This document shows positions 27,969 to 39,031 of a DNA stretch of 64,000 nt, one piece after another. Origin of the DNA: Lama guanicoe (lineage: Eukaryota); the NCBI GenBank assembly GCA_013239625.1, contig MU053513.1, positions 516,370 through 580,369 of the forward strand, in the 5' to 3' direction. Position numbers and translations under genes: made by a program. Under the pieces are notes generated by a model that saw nothing but the letters and a program-made list of their open reading frames with translations, was not told the origin of the DNA and did no database searches. Each line of letters begins with the position of its first letter. Positions within the stretch are counted from its first letter, which is position 1.

Positions 27969-28081
27969 GGGGACAGGGTATAGCTCAAGTGGCAGAGCAC
28001 ATGCTTAGCATGCACAAGGTCTTGGAGTTGATGTCCAGTACCTCCGTTAAGAATAAATAAATAAATACTCCTAAAAAAACC
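27969..28081 (+). mobile_element. tRNA-derived SINE, camelid Vic-1-like
   Basis: tRNA-like head 'ggggacagggtatagctcaagtggcagagcacatgcttagcatgcacaaggtcttggagttgatgtccagtacctcc', (TAAA)n tail, TSD agaaatga at 27961-27968 and 28082-28089. Confidence 0.88.
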
Positions 28082-28699
28082 AGAAATGATTCTGGAAGAA
28101 AAAGACCATTCAGAGTCACTGGGCCAAGAACAATGAAGGCTCTTTATTTTAACTTAATTTGAATATACCATATACTAAGAAAAGTACACAGAGCATGATG
28201 CTTTATTGAATCATCTTGTTTATCTCCACTGTCTACTCCTTAAAATAGAAATCAGTTTTTTAAAAAAACTTAAAATTCCTGAGGGTGAGAGGAGGCATGG
28301 AGATGGAGAGCAGATAAGTATACTTTTTTTAATCATTATGATAAACTTTGTAATTAAACTTAATTAAAGCTCATTAGCCACCAAGAGCAAATAAGAAATA
28401 AATCTCCCAAAATGTAAAATTTCCTTCAGACCATGCTTTAGAACCAAAGGACATATTTTCATTAAAAGCTAATCTGCTTTATCAAGTTAACAGAAATATT
28501 CTTAATAATTACGCTGCATTGGTTATAAAAATGCCATAAGATATTAAACACAGCTAGCTCTTGTTTCAGATTACCTGAACACAAGAATTGTAAAAGACAA
28601 AATAAAAGGTGATTTTTTTTTTGTTTTCTTAAAACTAAAATATGTATTTATTCCTGCCAATTTCCTTGATTATACAGTAAAATAGCAGATATCAAGCAA

Positions 28700-29915
28700 T
28701 TCATTCTTTCACTTTATTGAAGTATAATTGGTATGAATAACTTATGAGTTGTACAAATGTATCTATTGTGGAACCACTGTCCCAATCAGTGGGTTTCTGC
28801 CCTCCTGCAAAGTCCCGTCTCATGTTTTTCAATCCATGACTCTCATTTCCCTCTCCAAGCAATCATTGATCTGATTTATTCATTATAAATTAATTGTTTT
28901 TGTTTTGTAAATCATATAATGGGATTTGCAGTAGGTACTGTATGAGCCTGACTGCTTTCCCACAGAATGTGTTGTGATTGTTCCATGTTGTTGCCTGTAT
29001 TGGCATTTGATATTTTTTCACAGCTAAGTAATGTTACATTGCATGAATACATTGTAGTGTGTTTATCCATTCAATTGTTGATTTACATCCTTTCATTTTT
29101 TTTTCCAAGTGCCTGTGAACATTTGTATACAAATCTTTTTGTGAATATATGTTTCTATTCTCTTGGGCAAATACCTAGGAATGTAATTTCTTGGTCACAT
29201 GGTACCTGTAGGTTTAACTCTATAAACTACACTGAAACAGCTCTCCAAAGTGTTTATAGAATTTTAGACTCTCTCCAGCAATGCCCGAGTTCCAGTAATT
29301 CCCCATCCATGCCAACACTTGATACTGTTCATATTTTTAATCTAACCAATCTGATGGGTGTGTACATGGAATCTCATGGTGGTTTAAATTTGCTAAATAT
29401 GTTCAGGGTACTACATGTGCTTACTTACCATTCATATATTTTATTTTATAAAATAAATTTTTAATCTTTGACTTATTATTTAATGTATATTTTTGTCTTC
29501 TAATTTTTGAACTTTCAAAGTACTTTCTATATCTGGATACAAGATTACAGATATACGTAGTGAAAAATTCTAAGAAAGCAATTCCTTATCAGTTTCTTAA
29601 TGATTTTTGTTGAAGAACCAAAATGCTTAATTTTGATGAAGTCCACTTCATTCATATCTCTTTTTGCTTTTTGTTACCTTTTTTGTTACTTTTCTCTCTT
29701 ACTTCTTTTCTTTTTCACTGACCATTGATCTTTATTAATATCTTCTTTTTACTTATCTTGATTTAATTTATTTTTCCCAGATTCCTATATTGGAAATATA
29801 GATCATTGATATAATTGTTTTTACATTAATATAATCATCAAAGTTATGTTTCCCTCTAATCCCCCTGCTTATCTTCATCACGTAAATTTTGATAGTGTAT
29901 GTTTTTTACTTTCAT
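28700..29915 (-). mobile_element. Old LINE-1 (L1MC/MD/ME-type) 3' region
   Basis: 'tctcttgggcaaatacctaggaatgtaatttcttggtcacatggta', 'ccatgccaacacttgatactgtt', 'tctatatctggatacaag'. Confidence 0.8.
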
Positions 29916-30228
29916 TCATGAGCTCTCCATCTCTTCCCAAATTGATTTAGCATTTTTAAAATAAGCCCCGTGCAATCAGGATTTCCCCGTATCCCTCCAC
30001 CCAACTGTTCATCTCAAGGACCCCAGAGACTTGCTCACTGCTAACTTTAGCAGTCACTCTCAGCCTTTATCTTACTTGACCTGTCAGTGACTCTTCACAA
30101 GATTTCTCATTCTCGACTCCCAGAAACTCATTATTTTTCTGGCTTTCAAGATCCCATATTTCCCTGAGTTTTATTTTACCTGTCTGGTCACTTCATCTCC
30201 TTTTCTGGATCCTTTATATCTCTTTGAC

Positions 30229-30434
30229 TAGAACCAACTGTATAATTTGTGGAGCCCAGTGAGAAATGAAAATGTGAGACTTTTTGGCCAAAATTCTTAA
30301 GAATTACAAGGTAAGAATAGAACCTTAGAACATAGCCTTCTAAGGAAGTTTAAAGCAAGCTCTGAGTTCTGAGCCCTTGTGGGGATGGGGCCCTTTGCAG
30401 CTACGTAAATGTCAAGTCCATGAGGCCAGTCCTT
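30229..30434 (-). mobile_element. MER45A-like (hAT-Tip100) MITE
   Basis: 'tataatttgtggagcccagtgagaaatgaaaatgtg' through 'ggggccctttgcagct...ccatgaggccagtcct'. Confidence 0.7.
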
Positions 30435-31294
30435 CTCCAGCCTCTAAAGGTTAGGAGGCCCTAAAGGCTCTGAGTCTGAAACTTGGAATGTTTTCTCTTT
30501 TCTTCCTACATGATCTCACCCTGTCTCTTGGATTTAATCCCATTATGTCTTGAGGATTTCTGAATTTATATCTCCATACTGGACCTCCAAACTGAATTTC
30601 CACTTGTATGGCTAATAAGAATTTCAAGCTCAACGTGTCCCAACTAAGCTCCTGAACTTCCTTCCAATCCTGGCTCCATCCTGAGCCTTCTTCAATTTAG
30701 TTAAGGGCAGTTCTGTTTCTTCAGTTCCTCAGACCTCAAAGTGTGGTGTCACCCTTGATATTTCTCATTTTCTAACTTCTCAACAAATTCTGTAAGTCCT
30801 ACCCCCAAAATCCATTCAGAATGTGGCCACTTCCCCTTCCTTACCCCCACTGCCATCATTCCTGCCTAGGCTACCATAATTTCTCATCTGGATAATTACA
30901 GTATCATTCTGATTAGTCTTGTGTTTTTGCTGTTGACTTTTATCAGACTTTTTTCAACCTACAACCAGAGTGATCCTGTTAAAGACAATACAGATAATAT
31001 TATTATTTCCTCAAAACCACTAGTCCCTGCATCATTCAGCATGAAAAGCAAAGTTCTTGTTATGAGACTTACAATCACATCCTGGATGTTCTGTGCTCCT
31101 CCTTATGTCATCGTCACCTATCTGTGCTCAATGTTCTTCCCCGTGGCTTTCTTCCTGCTCCTTGAACACATAAGAAACATTCCTGTTCAGTGCCTTCAAG
31201 CTTATTTTTCACTCTTCCTAGAAATGTCTTTCCTTAAGTATATTGCATGGCTAGGTCTCTCATCTTCATAGATGTTTACTCAAATTTTACCTTC

Positions 31295-31762
31295 TATGGT
31301 AGGTTGAACGATGCCTCCCCACCAGGATGTCAATGTCCCAATCCCTGTAACCTGTGAATACTTTGCCTTATATGGTAACAGCAGTTTCACAGATGTAATT
31401 AAGTTAAGGATCTTGAGATGGAGAGATTATTCTGAATTATCCAAGTAGGTCCTATCTAGACCTTATAAGAGAGAGGGTCCTTATAAGAGAGAGTCCTAAG
31501 GATCAAGCTAAGTACTAGGATATGAGACAATGGTGTAGAGTAGTGTGAAGAAGGTGGGGGGTGGGGAGTGGGAGAGCCGGTTAAACTAGAAACTGGAAAA
31601 TATAAGGAAACAGATTGCCCCATGACGGCGGCAAAGGAGCACGGCCTTGCCAATAATTTTGGTTTTAGACTACTGACCTCTACAACTGCAAGAATTAGTT
31701 TGTATTTTTTAAACCACTAATTTTGTGCTCCTTTGTTACATCAGCAATAGGAAACTCAGACA
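31295..31762 (+). mobile_element. MLT1D MaLR solo LTR
   Basis: 'tatggtaggttgaacgatgcctcccc...ttaagttaaggatcttgagatggagagattattctg' through 'tttgttacatcagcaataggaaactcagaca'. Confidence 0.85.
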
Positions 31763-34700
31763 TCTCACTGAAGTTTTCTCTGACCGTCTTGTCTGAAGTT
31801 TTAATGGCTACCTCTTCTGCTTACTTGTCTTCTTTTCCTAATAAAATATGCCTCGTGCTATACAGCAGACCATTGCTTTTATTTAGTTATCTGGCGTATT
31901 GTCAATCTCTCCCACTGCTATTTGAGTTTTATAAAAACGGGGCTTAGGGACTGTTCTTAGTCGCTGTCCTAATTGTAGTACCTAGAACATCAGGGCACAT
32001 ATTACGTGTTCAATGAATATTTGTTTAAAATCAGGAATTAAAGAATGAGAGTTTTTGTTTCTCTCTATCCAGTGATTTTTATTCTCCCAATGATGGTATC
32101 TATCAATCTTCTGGCCCAATACAAAATACCCTAACAGTGAATGCATGTGTGTGCATATGTGTGCACGACAGTAGTATTTATATTTAACCAGTAGTGGCAT
32201 GAGCAAGATGAGCAAGGACCATATGGTAATTTTAATATGTAATCCGTAGGATTTAGGTGACCAGAACTGACATCTCACATTTTCTGTCTGCTTACTTCTG
32301 CCCTGGAAATAATGAATGAAGTTAGCTGTGATGTTTAAGCAAAACAGTGCAAACAACAGCAAATACAGAATGACAACAATTAAGGACAGATGGCATTGCT
32401 TTTTATTTTATTTCAGCATATTACTTCTTAGGCAGAGTGGACCGTGTAGTGAAGGAACCCCAATGCCTCCCTCACTTTGCATATACATTCTCTGCTCTTA
32501 CCACATCACTGTAGCTCTTTCCTTCTCGTGTAGAGGCACAAATATGCCACAGCTTTTATAAAAGAACGCATCGCCTCTTAAGCGTAGTAGTAGAATGTCA
32601 ATGTCTTAGATTGTGACCTTAAGGAAAATATAAAACTGTGTGCTCTATTTTCAGGTTAGAGAGGCAAAGTTGTCTTTGGAATAAAACAGACACTGGGTAT
32701 CAAAGCTGACCACGCTCCAAGTTTTCACTTTCACAAAGAAAACACACTAAACAGTAACTTGCGTCACTGGGCATTACTTTTGTTAAAGGTGCTTTAAAAA
32801 CTCCCTGCTATCCGTGCCTAATAAGCCTGAATTCTTAACCAGCTTGTTAGTCATTCAGTGTTTGCCGCACACACAGGCTCATTGCGCCCCGCCACAGGGA
32901 GCACATCGTTCCGGGCAAGACATTTCCTTAGTGATATTTTTATTTACCGACTGTAATATGGGAATTGATTGAGGGCAATGTTCCTTCTTATTGCAGACTT
33001 AGAAACTTTAGCAATTATTTTCCGTTTCTGCCTCTAGGGTTGACTTGGCAGTGTAAATTTATATTTAAAGTGTATTGCTAATTCTCAGGGAGGAGATTTA
33101 ATCCAATTAATTGGGGTCACCAGGAAGACTCAGTAGGGTTAAAATAAAAGCTACTGTCAGTTCATTTGTTCTTACATCACTGACTATTTTTCTGTCAGCA
33201 GACAAAAAGGAAACCCCATTCCCATATCACTGTAATTTTACTGAGCAGGTGTGGTATTGGGACACGGACTGGGGCAAATATAGGCCATTGACATAATTTA
33301 GCGTTAAGGTGTTTATATCGCCAAACAAAACTCCTCCGTTGATAAGAAATTAGTATCACTAGTATGTTCAGGAGGAAAAACGAAGATGCGTTTCTCAAGC
33401 ATTTCATGAAATATGCACATATGTGATCATTGAAAGAGGCTTATGCGTGTGTCCCATAAGCCCTGCCGAATGAAATGCCCACACGTGTTCCCTTGTCCTA
33501 CAGCTGGTTCTCCTGACAAGCTGTTCCACCTGACAAGTGCAACGTGACCTCACAGCAGCATGTATAAAAATGCTTTTAAAGAACCAATAACAAGATCATG
33601 TATGTAAACGTCAACTTTGACCAAGTAACTCAAATTACGTTGCAGAGTTTTCTCCTTTGAGTAACTAGCTTCACTATAGACGTAAGGAAACTGAGGAATA
33701 AAGTGAATCCCAGAGGTCAGGAACAGAGCCAGAACTCGACCCCATCCACGGGAACAGATCAACGTCCTCACCTGCAGTTGGCATATTACACTGAGGGTAA
33801 CATCATACGAGCATCTAATAATGACTTTAAGCTATTACAGTAGAGTGGCTTCAGACAAAACTCAGACTGATTGAAACTTTCCTCTGAAACTTGAATCAAA
33901 GCAAACCCCATTTTTTTCCGGTACCTCTTCTCTTGTAGTGAAGGAGCCAAAGATAGCACACAAATGGATATTCCTCTGATACCTGTGGCTTATCAGTAAG
34001 AATGGAAGTAATGGAAATCTCATGAGAAAGCCAGCTCTTAAAAGATTTCCAATCCAATTTTTGAACTCAAAAGGCTTGAATTAGTTTCAGATTAACATCC
34101 AAGTCTTTCAAAGTAACATCTTCCAGGATTCAGCTATCAAGAGGACATCAGACACTGAAATTCAGGTTCAATTTTTGTGGCAAGCAGTGAGAAATAGGCC
34201 AATATTCCGGTTTTTCTTTTCTTCTTCTTTTTTGGCTTATGTTCTATTTTCTGTCTTTTTTGCTATGTGTCATTTTTTTTAATCAATCACTTTCACTGGC
34301 TTCTTATAATTACACATGTGCATATATGTCTGCATACGCGACCACACATGTGCAATGCACTGCTTTTTAGTGTTCTCCTAAAACAGTAACTTAACAGGTG
34401 GTCTGACCTCCTTTGGTATGTGATGTTCCATAGATGCCAGCCCTGCAAGGATTAGAGTCCAGGAATGTTCAGTTTCAGTGTCCTCCAAATGCATTTCAGT
34501 GGAAGGAATGCCATTCCCCAGCGCCCATGATACCGTGTGGCTGCCACCTTGCTCCCGTCTCTGGTCCTCAGACGCTCCTCAGAGCAGATATGGTTGGGCT
34601 GGCTGCCAAACTTTTCCTCAGATTTCTTCTCCCAACCTCAGGTGAGCTACTTTTGGTGCAAACATCTGCAAGACGGGCAAGTAGCAAGAGTGTTCGAGAG

Positions 34701-36204
34701 TTATGTCCACCTCAGTCTACCCTGGAGAGTTTGAAGCAAGAAGAAGAAATATGATTTATAATTCGGAGTAGAAACTTTTGGGGAATTCCAACATCACAGA
34801 TGCAACTATACATAGTGGGTAGTAATTAGAAAAACAGAATCCAGGCCTTTTTAAGAGGCCACAGAAGTGTTCTAACAAGAAAAATTCCATTCCAACCTGC
34901 TTTCAGTAACCTATTCATCTGCGTCCCTTCCAAGCCTTCCTTTTGACGACAGTTCTCCCGCTGAGGTCTAGTGTCCATAGACTTAGCACCGCCTTGAAGT
35001 TTCACACTGTGGCCCAGGGTGCTTTGTCAGCTTCAAAAGAAGTAAGGGCTTCAAATCGCATTGTACAAATTGAGGCAAACGTCAATATAGTATTATATGC
35101 ATGTGTTTATTTTTATGGAACTAATATATAGTCTGTTTCAGTTAAAACCAACCATGCATTATTCGCCTGCAGACAGCACGTATTTGAAAGTTGATGGCCA
35201 TTATATGGAAAAACACTTGAAAACGCATGAGTTTTGTACAGCACTGAGTCAAAGGTAACGTACCCAGAAGGCGATCTCCGCTGGGAAGTTGCAAGGGCTT
35301 CTACTGAGGATAAGGCTGCTAATGTTGACGTCAGAGGAAGGAAAAGGGCAAAGAGCAAAGGTAAGTGTTTCTTTAGCTTATATTTTTCCCCCTAAGGGAA
35401 CTTTAACATAGCATGCCTCTAAAAACTGATACAGATTCCAAATTTCCATATAATATAAGGCCTCCCCACAAAAAAGGGTCACTTTCCCTGAAAGTATCTG
35501 GGCTGTTTCAGTTAAGGAATGCCATTTAGTGGCCTCTGTTCAAAACACTGGATTGGGTTAGTGCTTACCCCTATGAATGGCAAGACTGAGAAACATCAAA
35601 CACTCTTTATGAAAATGCAACTGCATTTTCATTTACTCTTAAGCAATAAACAGGGCTGAGCCTTTCAAAGGCAATTTTAACTATATTTTATCATATTTCT
35701 TGGATTTTCCTGCTGGACAGTAGGATAGTCACTCCCAAATCAGCTGAACTGGGGGAGTTGGTGGAGTGTCCCAGGATGCTTATTTTTAAGCAACCCAGGG
35801 TGATTCTGATCGATAATCAGTTAGTTTGGAAAACCTTTGTTTTACTTCAAGGATACTCCATGAAAAGCAAAGCTCTGATTTATAAATTTTCACTCCAGTA
35901 TAGATGCAGAGCCTACTAGACCTATGGCTGCATTTTTATACCTGTTCCCCAAAATGCTACACCTCATTTCAAACCTCCTCTTGGTTTCTCTAAAACCCAA
36001 CCATTGTTTTTGCCCAACTGTGTCACTAAGTAAAAGCTGTAGAGAAGAGTCTGCTTCATCTTTTCCACAGCCTACTTATTTCTTTGTTTTACTTTTTCCC
36101 TTGGTATTTTTTTCTTCCTAAACTTAGTTTATCACTCCCCTACAACTGTCTCCTCATCCGCTACAATTGTCTCCTCATATGCAAAAGATTCCTATTCTAA
36201 CTCT

Positions 36205-36661
36205 TGTAGTGGGTTGAATAGTGGCTCTTCTAAAAGCTATGTCTTTATCCTAACTCCCAGAACCTGTGCATGTCTCCTAAGTTGGAAAAAGGATCTTGGC
36301 AGATGCAGTTAAGGTCTTTGAGAAGAGATCCTTCTGGAAAATATGAATTGACCCTAAATCCAAAGACAAGTGACTTGATGAGAAAAAAGAAGAAATGACA
36401 CAGAGATAGAGGGACATCCGTGTAAAGACGAAGATGCAGATTGGAGAAGCGTGGTCACAAGCCAAGGTCACCCAGAGACACCAGAAGCTGGGAGAGGCAA
36501 TGAAGGAATCTTCCCTAGATCTTTCAGGGGGAGTGTGGCCTCCTGACAACTTTATTTCAGACTTGTGGTCTCCAGACCTGTGACAGACTACATTTCTGTA
36601 TTTTTAAGCCACCACCAAGTTTGTGGTAATTCGTTACTGGCAGCCCTAGATAACTGACACA
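36205..36661 (+). mobile_element. MLT1B/C MaLR solo LTR
   Basis: 'tgtagtgggttgaatagtggc' ... 'ccagaagctgggagaggcaatgaaggaatcttccctaga' ... 'cagccctagataactgacaca'. Confidence 0.85.
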
Positions 36662-36928
36662 GTCCTGTTCCTTCTTTTCCTGTCTAGCCCAATTCTCCCA
36701 TATTTAACACAAAAAAACTTTTTCTGCCTCTCCCGGTCTTTCTCCCTTGTCCTCTCTTCAGACCGATACATGCCATAAAACAACCAGAGACACAAGCCAA
36801 AGAGTGGCATTCATGATACATCTTTATGGACAAGACAGGTATCACTAGACTTGGGTTCCTTAAGGGCAGGGACTGCGTATTGTCCTCTTGGGATGGCCCC
36901 TTCTAGCATAGATGCAGGTACGTGCTTA

Positions 36929-37069
36929 TGTTAGAGCAGGCAGGTAGCTAGATATGAGTAGAGAAGGGGGGACACGGGCCGAATGGCAGAAAACTATACA
37001 TCTTGTGAACAACAGAGGTCCTGGAATAGATCAAGAAAAACAGAATCCTCCAGACTGATTTACAAAAAA

Positions 37070-37113
<44 letters not shown>

Positions 37114-37515
37114 TCAGGGTTGACAAGTGTCCTGGAGGCAAAAGGGTGGGACAAGACAGGAATGCCCACCATCTAAATGTAACCTTTCGATCATTCTGAC
37201 CTCATCTAACTTCCTGAACAAGACTAACTAAGGACAAAAAATCCCTCCTCCCCAGCTAAGAAGGTGGAGCTCGAATGAAAATAAGAAAAAAGGACACGAA
37301 ACCCTTCCGTGCCAGTGGATATTCTGCCCATTCATCTTTACACCCATATAATGAGCTTGCCAAGGAAACTCGGGGCAGCTACCCACCTGGGTCTGTCTGC
37401 TCTTTCCTGGAGAGCATTCCATCTATCCTTTAATAAATCCTTGCTTTGCTTTCTTGACCTCCATGTCTTATTTCTGAATTATTTCCGTGACAAGATGAGA
37501 ACCTTCTCATCAACA
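36929..37515 (+). mobile_element. ERV1-type solo LTR (family copy 1) with internal (CA)15(TA)5 tract
   Basis: TG...CA termini (tgttagagc...catcaaca), TATA-like 'catataa', AATAAA near 37432; homologous along its length to the reverse complement of 41115-41656. Confidence 0.85.
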
Positions 37516-38799
37516 ATGGTTGCTGCTTAAGAAATATTTTCCATCGATAGCTTTTAAAGTTAGGCAAAATTAAACTTCAATGCCTCCAAGTTTTAAAGTC
37601 TCTGAAAATTTTTCAAACTCAAACTCCATTTACATTTGTCAAATGTTTTCATCTACTTCCTCTTTGTCTTCAAATTCAACCTTGTGTCTTCAAAGTCAAG
37701 TGATCTGGATGAGTTTAATAATAATAATAATGATAATAATAATATAATGAATAACTCAGAGTTTAATGGAGTCATGACAAAGTTAATATTTCACTTGCAT
37801 TTCAGGACAAATATATGCTGAGAGTTTCCTCCGGAAACTTCACTGCCATTTGCTATTGTGTTTGCATTAAAAATATATTCTTCATTCCAAGAAATGCTTC
37901 ACAAAGCAGTCTCCTTTGGTCACAATGGATTTATGCATCTGAGACAGTTCTCTCCCTCTCTGGGTAATTCCAGCCCTATATCTGCATGCTGGATGTACTT
38001 ACCTCTTGCTATCCCTAAGTAATAATGTGATGTGATAAGTAAGATGGTCTTTATTCAAGGGAGACCATGGCAGGGGTGCTACCCCCCGGGCTTTTGTGGT
38101 AGGGAAGAGAGATCAGGGTCAACTCTGAATACAGCAAAGGGAAGCAGGACTTTATAACCAAGGAGCAGGGTGGGGATCAGTGAGTGAAAACTTACGAACA
38201 GGGAACAGCAGTGACAAGGGGGGATTCTGGCAAAACTAACTAGGCAAGATTCTTGCTAAAATTGGACGCTGTAAAGATGAACAGGGAAACCCAAAACTCA
38301 AGGCCTAGTTGAGAAGAGAGTTCAAAAGAGCCTGAGCAGAGTTTACTTACACAGGGAATCTTTATCAGAACTTGTAACATTAAGAGGGAATCTTCTAATA
38401 ATAGTATCACTGCCAGCACTACCTATCTTCTCGTCTCATTTATGATTTCGTAATGAGAAAACCCACCCTTATCTTTCCTCTAATCCAAGATGGGGATCCC
38501 TCATTCCTGTATGGAAGGTGTCAGTCCTTCCTCCTTAGCGTCCTCTCTTTAGCCTCTGCTTTGTGACTGCCTCATCGTCCTTCAGACTCCAGTGTTTTCT
38601 GTCGAAAGACAGCAGGTACTTAATTCCTCCTTGTTATTTTCCTGTCATGGATTCTTGGCTTCCCTTTACCTTTGCTGTTGGGGTTACCCTCCTCCATTCT
38701 GGCTTCTGTTCCTTACCCTATTTTGGCCCCTAGACCACAGTATTTGTGTTTTCTCTTTACAGCCCCCCACTGTTAAATTCCTCTTCATGTTGTTTCCTT
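37129..38799 (+). repeat. 1,671-bp duplicated block, copy 1
   Basis: No difference found by eye against 39032-40702; ORF translations recur at a constant 1,903-bp offset. Confidence 0.97.
38027..38367 (-). mobile_element. MER31/MER67-group ERV1 LTR (duplicated at 39930-40270)
   Basis: 'gagagatcagggtcaactctgaatacagca...tttataaccaaggagcagggtgggg' and 'aggcctagttgagaagagag...gggaatctttatca'. Confidence 0.7.
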
Positions 38800-39031
38800 A
38801 TTCTGCCTCTCCCGGTCTTTCTCCCTTGTCCTCTCTTCAGACCGATACATGCCATAAAACAACCAGAGACACAAGCCAAAGAGTGGCATTCATGATACAT
38901 CTTTATGGACAAGACAGGTATCACTAGACTCCAGCCTGTGCCTTTGGGTACTCTCTGAACACTCAGTAAACGGCAAGGATTAAAACCCTACTTGTAGGTA
39001 ATCTGTAGATAAGAACGGAGAGCTGGGATGA
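38800..39031 (+). other. Composite junction made of two templated inserts
   Basis: 38801-38930 equals 36722-36851 exactly; 38931-39030 equals 40830-40929 with 2 mismatches. Confidence 0.95.

Larger units (their letters stand above)
29940..32045 (+). mobile_element. Long L2 3' segment interrupted by MER45A and MLT1D
   Basis: L2 blocks 'cagcctttatcttacttgacctgtcagtg' and 'aatttcaagctcaacgtgtccc'; tail 'tgttcaatgaatatttgtttaaaatcaggaattaaagaatga'. Confidence 0.8.

Noticed and set aside
27969..28045. tRNA-like sequence
   Set aside because: Degenerate B box, A-rich tail and TSD identify it as a SINE, not a tRNA gene; the same applies near 54970-55041
28967..29464. Longest ORF in the track (165 aa)
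   Set aside because: Lies on the antisense strand of a decayed L1; no recognisable domain; a typical chance ORF
34434..34754. 106-aa ORF beginning right after an AG, with CAG|GTGAGC at 34641
   Set aside because: No recognisable protein similarity, weak polypyrimidine tract and no partner exons; insufficient for a CDS call
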